Made by a program: the position numbers and the translations under genes. DNA of 58,297 nucleotides, counting the filler, from Sphacelaria rigidula (taxonomy: Eukaryota): assembly GCA_964200075.2 (NCBI GenBank). It is 7 parts of 7 records of this genome, joined end to end, with 100 filler letters (N's around TTAATTAATTAA, not from the genome) between each part and the next. Parts side by side here need not be neighbours in the genome. Positions count along the whole stretch, not along the records: positions 8,344 to 16,586 come from CAXNAA020011800.1; positions 16,687 to 24,929 come from CAXNAA020011801.1; 5 more parts are not named here. The stretch is one strand, 5' to 3'. Positions 10,818 through 22,674 of this stretch are shown in pieces; within the stretch, counting starts at the first letter, position 1, and each line of letters begins with the position of its first letter. The notes beneath the pieces are model-generated. The model searched no databases and was not told where the DNA came from. It saw only the letters and a list, made by a program, of their open reading frames with translations.

Positions 10818-13800
10818 AAACCCCCCACTACTGGGTGTTAGTATGAAAACGTCTTCTTTGGGTTCATTTCACGTCAAGGCGAGAAAAAACTGTACGAGAT
10901 TGTCGAGTTTCTCGATCAAACTTCGTACATATGTTCCTTGAACTACCCCGGGACGTATCATTTTATTGTTTTTCCATGGCATTCCCTACCGCCTTCCTAG
11001 GGTCTTCATAGTGGAACCCCTGGAAGCCGGTAGAGAAAGGATAACTCTTTTTGCCTGTCAAGAATACATTTTTTTCGTTTGGAGCATCAATACCTACGGA
11101 ACTGCTAAGTTTGAGGGCGATCTGACCTTTTCTACGACAAATGCAAGGGGAACCGTCACGAGGATTCCTGAGTCTTTCGTGCGTATCATCGGTGGAAAGT
11201 AGACGCCAAAACCGCCCATCACCTGAACACCACGGTTTTGGGAATAATTCAACTCCTTAGTAATCGTTTTCGTTTTCTTTCTTGTTTGATTCCCGCGCTC
11301 ATGGCGGTTACTCCGATCTGAAGCATGTGGAGAGGTGAAAATTGGGGTTGGAATTCGTACTTCGATTTCAGAACAATTTGAAGTGCACAGATTGGTCGAG
11401 GTACCTTTTCGCCCTTAGAGTCACCACTATGGCCTTGAACACAAATCCATCTATGTCACGCTCTCACGGCTGCCCATGGCTATTAAAATGGTATGCATGC
11501 GACTACTGAGTAGGTATTGCGAAAGGTATTTGCTGATGACACAATTTTGGGTGATAAGCGAGAACCAGCCCATAGGCATAAGAACAAGAAAAGCATCACA
11601 TAGCGACAAACCACCTCGGGGGGAGGGGGGAGGTAGATGGAATGCAGCAACTGGTAGGGAAAAGGATATACGAGGACACGGGTAGATGATGGGGAGTCCT
11701 GCCACCTCCGCTATCCTCAGTCCGGTACATATCTGCCTACACGTTCTTCCATTTATTTCCTGCTTTCCTCGGCCGCTCGGGTATCCTCAATTTGAACTTT
11801 TCTTCGCGTATTCCCGTGTTTTCCCCTCTACCTCCTCTGAGCCCTCGTCACTGTTGCAGTACGAAGTAGTTGTTTTGTTGATCCCGTTTAATCGCGCGTA
11901 TTCGGCTGGCCTCATCCTCACACCCTATGATCGGGTATTATTGCTGAGATTACCCACCCATATTTTGTGGCTAGAGCATTGAGATCATGCCCAACTCCCC
12001 CCAATATTTACGTCGAGTATTGTTGAGATTATACCCCCAACTCTACACAATATTTGGGTGGTATAACAGAGTATTATTGTGAACCCGCACCCCGTTTACC
12101 CAGAAACAGGGTATTTGGAAGTACATACCCTACCCGACGATGTGGATTTTTCGCAAAACATGCAACAGTGGATACTCGTGCGTATCCCGCGTGCGGTACG
12201 CAAACAAGAGAAGCGAGAGCAAAGGCGTTCAGTGAAACCCAACAACATATGTTACATACTCGACCGTGGAGCTCACGCGCACTATTTGCCGATGAAATCT
12301 GGTCGCATGCATATACGGTCAAAAAGGGACCTCGATGGGCACGACACCAAGTGATATTACTAGATCATATCTTACGCGTGAACGCCAGTGGACGGCAATG
12401 ATCGATACAGGGGTATACGCCAGTGAGGAGCAAGGATACGGATCGAAGACCAACACAGCTGTTTTGAGTCTCTCCAGATTATTTTGATGGTGCCAACAAG
12501 ATTCCACACCTGCGCTCCATCGCCGCCGCGCACAGCGTTGACAGTGTCTTGACCCTGCTTTGCGAAGATTGTCAGGAGCAACATCGCCAGCCAAACCAAG
12601 TGGGACATCTTGAATTCTTTACCGCGTCAACGAAAAAATGGCACCGCCAAGAAAAGTAACAGGGGGGAAACAGTGGGGGTGGCGAAAATGTGAAAAGTCC
12701 GTTCGCTCATTTGCTGAGATAGGTCAGCAGCAGCATACGAAGCTGGGCGTCAAGGCAGCACGAAGTATACAGGGGTATACAGAGAAGAGTTTAGATGTGG
12801 CCGGGGTCCGTAACGCAGTTGTACTGCTTCGCAGTAGGTGTATCATGCACAACACAACGCTATACTCTGTGCGCAGCGTGCTGGTGTGCGATGAAAACGC
12901 GGGACCATTGTGCATAACATATACGCATACAGAGTTGAACCCAGATCACCCACCACGTCGCTGATCAAAGGCTTGAAGGCTTCAATGGCGATCGCTCAAT
13001 AAACATTATTGTGGATCGGGAAACGGATCTTCGCGCAACAGCTACTACTGATGTTCGGCGCGCCTTGGCAGTCTCGTCGAGCCGAATCAAAGCGTTGTAT
13101 TCTTCAGGCGGGTAGATAGAGACTCTGAATACGTAGAGACGCCGGCCTGTCAGTGCACGCTGTACCAGCTCTGTGTTTGACTGTTTTTGCTCGCTGGAGA
13201 GAACATCGATCAACGGTGAATTGCACGAGAGCACATTGCGTATCACACAAGCATCTTAGAGCACCAGTGACAACCGTGTTGGACCAGGGACGTGCCCGCA
13301 TACGCAACGCACCGCACGGAGCGTGTTCTGAAAAACTTCAACTGCAACACACACGACAGGTGCGCACCTACACTTCAGCAGCAGCAGTATGATGTGACCT
13401 CTCCTCAAGAACGTCTACCGGCGCGCTAACACTGCCCACCCCTCTCGCTCTTCATTCATGTACATATACGTATTTACATGTGATATAGTAGTACATGTTT
13501 TCACGTCAAAAAGGCGTGACACACACGTGCGGGGTATCAAGACTCATAGGTTTGGATCGTACCATGACATACATCTAATATATCGTCAGTCGCGTGAGCC
13601 TACAGTACACCACCGCTCACATCGTTTGCTGCGCCGAGTCGCCACAGGTGGATGCTGAGATCGAAAAGAATGGATATTGCGTGTGGCAGAGGTCACAGCA
13701 GCAGCACCTGGTGTTTATGGGAGATGGATGGGGTTGGATTGTAAGGCATTGAAGTAGCGTGAAAAACACCGCATGGGTGAGGCAGCAAGAAATGAGTGGG

Positions 13801-15345
13801 CTTGTGGAGTTGTTTTCCCTTTCCTTTTTGCGGCAAGAAGTACAGCACGGCTCAGCATGAATGGTACGTACAGATCTTCGATATGGAGATCTAAGAGCCG
13901 ACATGATCCTGACAATACTTCGTGTTTCATACATGCGACACCGGGGCATTATTTGCTGCATACGGCCAAGTACATGATAAACCATACATATGACGCTTGC
14001 GACCGCATCATATCCTTGGCGTTCGACTAACCGCATCGTATATACAACTTGAACTATTTTTTGATCGATTGATTGTCGCACACTTCGTCATCAACCAAGA
14101 ATCCAGCCGTTTCGTCCCAAGTTAAACGTATCCTGAGGTAAAAATAACGGAAAACTCGCGAAGGAAGCTTGACAGAGGGGGAAGATATGTGTGCGCCGTT
14201 GTGGTGTGCAGTATTGCGTATATCTGGGCGATATCCTAGTTTTTCACGTGAAAGGGTTACCGCTTCGACAGATTACCCACCCTAGCGGTCGGAGGGTTAA
14301 CCTTCCACTCCACCTTTTTTATGCAAAATAATTGCATTTCTAGTACTATTGCTGTAGTACTTTTCTGGCGGAGAGTGAGATAAACAATGGAGCTCTGTGC
14401 CACGACAATACCGTAACATGCACGCATACGACGTAAAGATCACCCGGTATTTCGATTGTCGGTCGCTTTTCACGGGTCAAAGCCTATTTGGCGGTCGACC
14501 CGACGCGTGTGAGGGGTTCACGCCAGTCAAACCGCCACACTCAGGCAGACCAAGAGGCGTTGAGCACCGGAGGATCAGGGGGAAACGTAGACAAAGTTCT
14601 CGTTGACATAATTTCAAACGACCCCGCGCGGCGCCGACTTCGGCAAACGGCGCGTCTAGCGTTGCGTACGTTGGCAAGCTGTGGGACTGCCACCCACAAA
14701 GATCTGAAACCCGGCGTCTACAACTACCCCACACCAAACACTATGCTGACGAACTCGCGCAGTTCTCCTGGCGGCAGGGCGAGATAGAAGAAGAACGAGG
14801 AGCAGCTAAACTAAAGTCGACGGCGGGATGGCGAAAACCTCGAGCACAGTCCGCATTTGATCATGTTTTGTGTGCTTGCATTTGATTATATATCTTTCAC
14901 AGAGGAGGCGAAATGCCCACCAAGCCAAGTCACCTTGCAGGCTACACGTTCACCTCTTGAACTGGGTCTGAGTTCGTCAATTTGGTTTCGTACATTTGCT
15001 ATCCACTTGTTACCTATAGCTACTTTGTCCCCACAGCAGGTAGTTTTTTCAGATGAGCATCTGTTCATGGATGGCATGCACACGCGGTAATGCGTCCGCA
15101 CAAAGGCGGTCCCCGTAACATGAGCTTCAAATTACGAGCGTTGATCATCGGCGGGTGCAACATGGCGATTGATGGTCGAGGAAATTATGAAAATATTTAC
15201 ATGACAGCAAATTAACAATCTCGCCCCGGAGTAGGTTTTCCCTCGCGCGAAATTATAGTCGTCTTGCGACGACTCTCCCCAACTCAGTCCGCTGTAACGA
15301 ACCAACCGCTGGGCTACTACCCATGTTCACCAGGTTTCGGGCCTG

Positions 15346-15818
15346 AGGCCGCTTCTCATAGACTGAAAAAAAAAATCCGAGAACTGCACTTTTGAACCTT
15401 TCATGACGGATTATTGGCGTACTACGGGCCTTGGCGGATTTGGCCTCCTCGGAAAGATTTCTATTTTTTCACGAGGATTCCAGCGCGCTTGTCCGATCTT
15501 TCGTAGTTCCGGTTTTATTCTTGGCCGAATTTTGGATTTTTTCAGTCGTCCCGAGAAATTTCGCGTTGTCGGGGGAAAGTACGTTTTTTGCCGACAACTG
15601 GACGATTTTCGAGGCGACTGAAAAATCCAGAATCCGGCCAAGAGTAAAACTAGGAGTACGAAAGATCGGACAAGCGCGCTGGAATCCTCGTGAAAAAAAT
15701 GAAAATCTTTCGAAGGAGGCCAAATCTGCCAAGGTCCGTATTCGGCCAATAATCCGTGATGAAGGGTTCAAAAGGGCAGTTCTCAGAGAGATTTGTTCAA
15801 GTCTTTAAGAAGCGGCCT
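15346..15818. repeat. Long near-perfect palindrome of about 470 bp (foldback element)
   Basis: Runs AGGCCGCTTCT...AGAAGCGGCCT with its centre near 15581. Opposite-strand ORFs give near-identical peptides. Confidence 0.92.
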
Positions 15819-16451
15819 GGTACTGTGATTCATCGATCGGCAAACACTCTGAAAGGAGCTGCATTATTCAGGTTCACGAAGTTGTCACGCCAGAGATTTT
15901 CACAGAATATAAAAAGCAAAAGCACTAAAAAGTGTGGGAGTACGAGTACTATCAAACACAACAAGATGGAGTCAACCCTTTGACGGCGAACACAGATCAC
16001 CTGTTGAATCGGCTTCGACTTAACTTGACAAACGTGTGCATGATCCAGATGGACTACCCTCGTGGCCAAGGGGTTGACGAATATCGGGCAGCAGCCGACT
16101 GAAGAGTGCCAACGTCTTCGGTGGCAAACCAGCGGACTTCCTGAACTGAAAACGGCCAGTTTCGTGTAATGGCAAAATCATCCTGAAGAAAGTTCACAAA
16201 AACAGTCATAGAGGAAGAGGCGCAAGCTGGAACCCCTGTGTCCGACCGGATATGGGCGCTGAACCACACCAGAAACATGGAAAGGGTAAGGGAAGCAACA
16301 ACACCGACAGTGGGGCGGTGGACGACGTCGTGGAAGTGGAAGGCAACACAATTGGGAAGCCAAACGAAGATCAGAGTGGCTACCCTAATGCAACAGCACT
16401 GAAAGGCGTTGGGGGATATTGTACTTTTACTAATCCCTCCCCCTCACGACA

Positions 16452-16586
16452 TTGATTGATTGATTGATTGTCGCACTTCAACTGACCCAGGGGTCCAGTC
16501 GGGGTCTCATGATCGACGTACGAGCTGGGCCAGCCTAGAGGCGGATTTGAAGTTTGCAGGCCCATGCTCTTTTATACATTTAGAGT
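16452..16586 (-). mobile_element. 3' end of a retroposed-looking repeat ending GTTGAAGTGCGACA(ATCA)n
   Basis: (TTGA)n tail at 16452-16469. The body at 16500-16562 is the reverse complement of 3354-3440 in contig 1. Truncated by the contig end. Confidence 0.6.
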
Positions 16587-17298
16587 NNNNNNNNNNNNNN
16601 NNNNNNNNNNNNNNNNNNNNNNNNNNNNNNTTAATTAATTAANNNNNNNNNNNNNNNNNNNNNNNNNNNNNNNNNNNNNNNNNNNNCGATCAACATCGGG
16701 GTATAAGTGGACCCAAAAGGACCAAAATGGGGTATATTTTGATATGATTTTAGTATTGAAAACGAGTTTTTTTTTCTTTTTTTTTTCTCAGTCAGCTTCG
16801 TCTGCACGTTATCTCTCTAAGGAGCCCAACTGTAGCATGATCGTGAGCATTGAAATACCCACACGATTAAACGTCCATAACGATATAGACTTATGGGACA
16901 GAGGAAGTATATTGAAAACATTGTGTATTTATTGTCCAGGGTGTGCAATATATTAACAATAGGGAGAAAGCGCGTAGTTCGGAGCCATTTAATCGCGAGA
17001 CTACTCGATTGTTTTCCATCCATGGTAACTCGTGAATGTTTCTCCTGTGTTTCATTTCTATCTTCCTTGTCTCCTCGATCAACATCACTTTCGCTCATTG
17101 CCATTTTGCCCCCCCCCCTCCCCCTCCCAAGCTTTGTCGAATGGATCTTGACCCTTTTGGAACTCGCGAAAATCAGTACAAACTTCAACATGCGAGCTTT
17201 CGTCACCGGGGAAACGTCACTTCGAGTTCGGTGCACAAATCTGTCACATTAGTATACTCGAAATGAGAGTGGTGTACCGTTTCGGTGAGCTGCATTAT

Positions 17299-17485
17299 CA
17301 ACGGTTCACACCTTGGACAATCTATGGTCAATAGTTGCAATAGACAAGAAACGTACTGCATATAGTATAGGCCTATTGCGACTATTGTCGGCCGGCAATA
17401 GTCGCAATAGACCTACACTTTATCCAGTACACTTCTCGTCTATAGCATCTATTGACCATATGTTGTCCAGGGTGTGCAACGGTTG
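17299..17485. repeat. Palindrome of about 187 bp (MITE-like), in an intron of the MutS2 gene
   Basis: CAACGGTTCACACCTTGGACAA...TTGTCCAGGGTGTGCAACGGTTG, with centre ATTGTCGGCCGGCAAT. Confidence 0.85.
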
Positions 17486-17819
17486 CAGAATCACAGCCCT
17501 ATCTTGCCCAAAAAAACGTCAACTATAAATCGTCATTTTTCCATCAACGGTTCCAAAAGGGTTTTTAATACAGTAGTACTGGGCCACACATTGACTTTGA
17601 CAGGTCCTACTATTATAATTCCTGTGCCGATGTCGGATCCTCATACGACTGACTACCTTGACATGTTCCAACTGTCTGCTCTCCGTGTGTCGGGTGTGGT
17701 CACAGCTATCCTATCCAACACTTGTCCCACCACTTCTGCTACATTCTGGTTCATGACCCCACAAGATGATGGAAACTCAAGCCACGATTTTTTTCGCTTC
17801 TTGTTTCTCCAAAACATAC

Positions 17820-18393
17820 CTCCTCCAAGTTGGTCTTGAAGTCGGGCACCAAAGCGCGCCGCTGACCCATCTCCGTTTGACACTCGCGAGAGAGTCGGTC
17901 CAAAACCACCCCGAAGTCCAGGGACTCCCACGTGCGGGCGAACAGATCCACATCGCCGCCGACTTCGTTCGTCTCTGGTCCCTCCGTTCCTCCTCCTCCT
18001 CCTCCTCTTCCCCTTCCGTCACCTTCGCCTTGGCCTTGGCTCCGCACGCCCCCCTCCGCGTCCAACCGGTCAAATCCGCTTTTGTATCCAGACGATTCTT
18101 GCTGTCGCGGCGCTTGCTGCCGCCGCGGCCATCGAGATGACGGGCTTTCAATTTCACTTTCACCGCCCTCCGCCATATCGTTGGCCTCTCGCGCTGCTTT
18201 TGCTGCGGCAGGCTGGTTCTCTGTTTGTGGCTGGGGTGCTGCTTGCAGCGCACCGAGGGGCGAGGACGACGATATCCTTCTGTTCGTCTGGCCCCAACCA
18301 CGGCTGTGATGAAGACAGTGATACGCTGGGGTTATTCGTTGTCGTGGATGTAAGCTGCGCCTCAGTGAGCATCCCGATCTCTGTGGCCGCCGG
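17820..18393 (-). CDS. mutS2: MutS2-family protein, exon with transit-peptide-like region and start of the MutS2 N-terminal domain
   Basis: Open frame from TTTACAG| to GAG|GTATG. RTWESLDFGVVLDRLSRECQTEMGQRRAL resembles the MutS2 N-terminus (TLxxLEFxxVxxxLxxxxxTxxGxxxA), and the leader is Arg/Ser-rich. Confidence 0.7.
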
Positions 18394-18509
18394 CTGTAAA
18401 CGGCCCGAGTTTTACAGGAGTAAAAAGAAGGTACAAAAAAACGACAAGCCGATCTTCATATTTTTCTTGTATTCATACTCAAATTGACGTCTGCGCACAA
18501 TATGAGTAC

Positions 18510-18675
18510 CACTGAGGAAAAGGGAGCTAGCCACATGTAACCGCCGACAAACGAGGCATGTTGTCCCACTGATGGATAAGTGGGCAATGACGAATAACAT
18601 GCACAACTCAACGAAAAATGTAACTGTAGGCCAACCCGTCGCTGCAGTATCTATCTGTTGTCTGAAAGCTGCCAT
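18510..18675 (-). CDS. Possible first exon of MutS2 (signal-peptide-like); donor site uncertain
   Basis: MAAFRQQ...TFFVELCMLFVIAHLSISG has a hydrophobic stretch. The most obvious donor does not match the phase of the 18393 acceptor. Confidence 0.35.
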
Positions 18676-18711
18676 GTCTGAATATTTGACTCCGGCAACG
18701 GTACAGTTAGC

Positions 18712-19024
18712 TTTTTTTGTTTTGTTTTGTCGCACTGTGAATCCCTTCCCTTCCTCGGGACGAGTCCGTGGTCTAACAGGATCATCGTATCTCTCCCCGG
18801 TACAGTACACGCCTTGCATTTGGGTCTCGCGGATTGGGTCAGCACTCCCGCACCGCGCCATCAAAAAAACTCAGCCAACCACTTCTTGTTTACTCACGTA
18901 CTCACCCTTTCGACGGTGGAAAATTAGATACTTCGAAAAAAGCCCCAACGCATCGGGAATCGAACCCGCGTTCTCTCCACCCTAATAGTGACAGCCCGAC
19001 CATCATCACACCACCCCCGGGCGC
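18712..19024 (-). mobile_element. tRNA-derived SINE family 1
   Basis: B-box GGTTCGATTCC on the minus strand, shared body, and 3' end AGTGCGACAAAACAAAAC. Confidence 0.85.
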
Positions 19025-20968
19025 GGCGGCAATAGCCAGTTGTTGCTGGTAATTTCCCATACCCCAGAAAATATCCCAAGGAATGTCGCTGTTACCCTGG
19101 CGTCGTAATGTGAGCTATGCCTGTCTCTGCAGGATCCACAACTATGTGGGACTCTACTCGGAGATCGTATCGTCCAATGTTACTGTCATCCGTGGACAGC
19201 GATTAACGATATGGGTGGGGGGGCTTAGCGGTATTATCGAAAAATACCCCCCCCAAATCCAATTTCTTGGGGGGGGGGGGGGTGTTCCGAAAGTAACCGA
19301 GAGAGCGGACATGTTAACCAAGTCGTGCGATGAATCCATTCAAGACATTCGAGTACAGTTTTTTCAGTAAAGTTTGCGTCGGAGTTTTTCCGGATTTTTT
19401 TTGTGAGATAAGTCGGAAAACAAAATCCAATTTCCAGAGGAAGTACAACAAATATTGCCACGCTACTGAAGCCCTTAGCCGGGGTCTGCGATTTAGTACA
19501 GTGCAGTACATGCCGGAATCATGCTAGTGCATGCTTTTGATCCTTGGAGGAACCAATTTCTCACAAGCACACGTCCTACACTGTCTCCAAAGTCCTGTGA
19601 CCATGAAGGGTTTGAGATCTTCGCCGCAGGAATAGCCGTGTACGGGAATCAATACACCAAACAGGCGCATTGGCATACGCCAATGAACTGTTTCACCGCC
19701 AAACAGTGGATCATTGGGACGGCAGGTTTGACCTGTGGCAAGCCAATTACTAGTACATCGGCAGAAAGTAGGCTACAGACTGTACCGACCAAGCTGCGAC
19801 AGCGCTATGCTGTACGGCATAGCCCGTCGTACAGTCTAGACAGTGCAGCCGTACAGTTCATACGACACAGACCATATATTACAACGTATTGGTATGGTCT
19901 TTATAGACGTCGAAGTTTCCCGAGTGAAGCGACGGGTTAGAGCGCCGCAGGCGTAAAAAAAATGGTTTAATTGGTCGTCGGTCACACGTCTAAGTAGATG
20001 TTTCGCGTGAAAGGATATCCAAGAAACGCCCGACGGTGTTTAAGAACGTCCAACGACCTCCAAGAAAGGCGCAAGTACCTCTGCCACAGACTCAGCACCG
20101 CATGGACGGTCTCCACTGAATTGAAAACGACGTGCCGCTAGTACTAAACCATATCTGCAGTGATTCGGTGAGCTTCATCAAGGGGCCTTGCCAACTTTTA
20201 GGCGGTGGACTACGCCCCTCAAAATTGGTAGCAAGCTCGTTAGTGGGCGAGGCGGAGGGATAGAGGGGGCGCTTCTTGAGGTAGTGGGATATCTCAGATA
20301 CCATAGATGATGACGATAGCATGTATTGTACGGTAACAACAATACAGTGGAGCTCAAACCACAGTGCGGGGTCCACCACACTTCGGTCATACGAGGTTGG
20401 CGATCCAGTAAACTACACCATGGCTTGGGCTCCCTCTGCACGTATGTCATGGTGTACAGCACAGTACCGTACCGTACCGTACGGTGGTCGTCGGAGTACT
20501 TTGAGGGGTGGGTGCCCATCGTAGCTTCGGGCAATAATCTATTTTTGGTGTGCAAGAAGATGCGTTGCGGTACGGCCGGTTTTCGGCCATTGCAGCCTTG
20601 TCGCAGCATTCGGTCCGTTCCCTGATCCATGGCGCGCCTAGAAATTCAGAATCCATCAACCGAAACACCACGGGGGTTTTCAGTTCAGTTGGTCACACAC
20701 AGGTGAACCCATGAAGAGCCGATGTGGCTTGTCTTCTGCATGCGCTTTGCACTGAAGTTTTCCCAACCGTCACCAACCAGCTGTGTCAGTGTTCAGTTGT
20801 CTCCTGATACGCCGTACAGCGGTGATGCCACAAATTCAGCCGTCTCCAAGACATGTTGGACACGATTTGCTCTTCTCTAAATGCGCCGCCCCTAAAAAAT
20901 GGGTCTAGACGTTCTTTCCTTCAGTGAAGCTTGTCTCACTTCGGCGACACTTCGCCCGTGGTTGATAT

Positions 20969-22674
20969 CACAGGAACCGTAGGTAAGGTACCGTACCGAG
21001 CGTACCCCCGGTATTTACCGGGGTATCCCATACCGTGGTATGCGTGGGTATCGCAGGTATGAGTTTTGAAAATACCCGATTGAGCGGGTACGGTAGGTAT
21101 GAGTATTGAAAATACCCGATTGGACCGGTATCGGTAGGGTATGAGATGTCCCAAATACCAGTACCGGATACCTGCCTTACCCTCCATACCGAATTTAAAA
21201 CTGTCATCCAACAGTGCGGAGAAGCGTTTCAGGGCGTGTCTTGGCAGAAACAAATATCGAAGGAATGTGGCTGTGGAATTGATTTGAGAGGAAAACGCAC
21301 ATTTTTGTCGAGTTGGGTCCAATCGAATTTTTGAGCTTTCGATCGAAAAAAGACGGTAAAATTCGTGAAACGGTACATGATCACTCGTGTACAGTACAGA
21401 CAGCCTGTACTCTTTGCACTGCTTGCAAGCAGTATGTCTTGAGTGCGTGTGTGCGTGCTTCGTACAGTAAGAGTTTCAAGAGAAGTGGGCTACGTGCAGT
21501 GCAGACAACCCAGGACAATCAGTCCTCTCTGATTACAATGCGACGTGAGAAGAACTTCAACAACGTGCAGCTTCGTACTGCCTGCACTGTCCATGAGCGT
21601 GTACGCAACTCGGTTGCCCACCGTACCACGCAGATCCGTCGCTGATCCTACCATGGAAGAAGATGGGCAAGTTTTCGCCAACAAGAAAAAAACAAAGCAT
21701 ACCCAACTACTGCAGTGCATCTATCCCTGTGCTCAACTCGTACTCGATGCTGCAGGGTTGGGATAGTAGATGAGAATGAGTTGGATGGAGTTAGCATGGT
21801 TATGTCAACGGGTGTTATCTGGCGTGGTAGTCCATAAGATATGAGTCAAGTGCCGCTTCGTGCCTTTCGACCGCATGTTTTCGATCGAAAAAGCTCAGCT
21901 TCTTTATTTTGTAGCTTTTCTCCTCGCGCCCCTGATTACAAATTGGAGTTGACGCCTTTTAAGAACAGAAATGCGGTGGACCTATCAGGTCGAGAAAAAA
22001 AATCGACCGCACTTCAGACTACATAGTAATAAGTTCGTTCAAATTGATCCAAACACGCAAATCAGGGGGAGTCTGGAATTATATTACTTGTGAAAACAAG
22101 ACGAACCTGGTCCGACAACTTCTGGCCTTTGCATAATAAGTTGGGACCAGCTGCTGCACCGTGGGGAGTGCATCGCGTCCGGTATTACCGGGTATACCCC
22201 CGGTATTTACCGGGGTATCCCATACCATGGTATGCGTAGGTATCGTAGGTATGAGTTTTGAAAATACCCGATTGAGCGGGTACGGTAGGTGTGGAACTCT
22301 CGCAATACCGTGGTATCGTTGGTATCGTAGGGATGAGTTTTGAAAATACCTGATTGAGCGGGTACAGTAGGTATTGGTATCTCGAAATACTGTGGTATCG
22401 TAGGTATCGTAGGTACGACATATGAAAATACCCGATTGGGCGGATACGGCAGGTATTGAAATCTCGATATACCGTGGTATCGCGGGTATCGTAGGTATGA
22501 GTATTGAAAATACCCGATCGAGCGGGTACGGTAGGTATTGGAATTTCGAGACACCGCGGTATCGTGGGTATTGTAGGCATGACATTTCAAAATACCCGAA
22601 TAAACCGGTATCGGTAGGGTATGAGATGTCCCAAGTACCGGTACCGGGTACCTACCTTACCTACGGTGCCTGTG
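20969..22674. mobile_element. Non-autonomous TIR transposon (hAT/P-like, 8-bp TSD GTTGATAT), compound structure
   Basis: TIR CACAGG(A/C)ACCGTAGGTAAGGTA at both ends, with GTTGATAT at 20961-20968 and 22675-22682. Subterminal blocks 20969-21190 and 22158-22674 are direct repeats. Confidence 0.8.
22230..22620. repeat. Minisatellite, about five units of ~82 bp (GGTATCGTAGGTATGAG...GAAAATACCCGAT..GCGGGTAC)
   Basis: AAAATACC(C/T)GA recurs near 22261, 22343, 22425, 22507 and 22589. Confidence 0.85.

Noticed and set aside
13770..14140. Protein-like minus-strand frame with stops (IRLTWDETAGFLVDDEVCDNQ...), also containing GTGCGACAATCAATC
   Set aside because: No recognisable family. I cannot distinguish a pseudogene from chance without BLASTX, and the tail-like motif may be coincidental.
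15403..15808. Similar ORFs on both strands
   Set aside because: They are a consequence of the palindrome.
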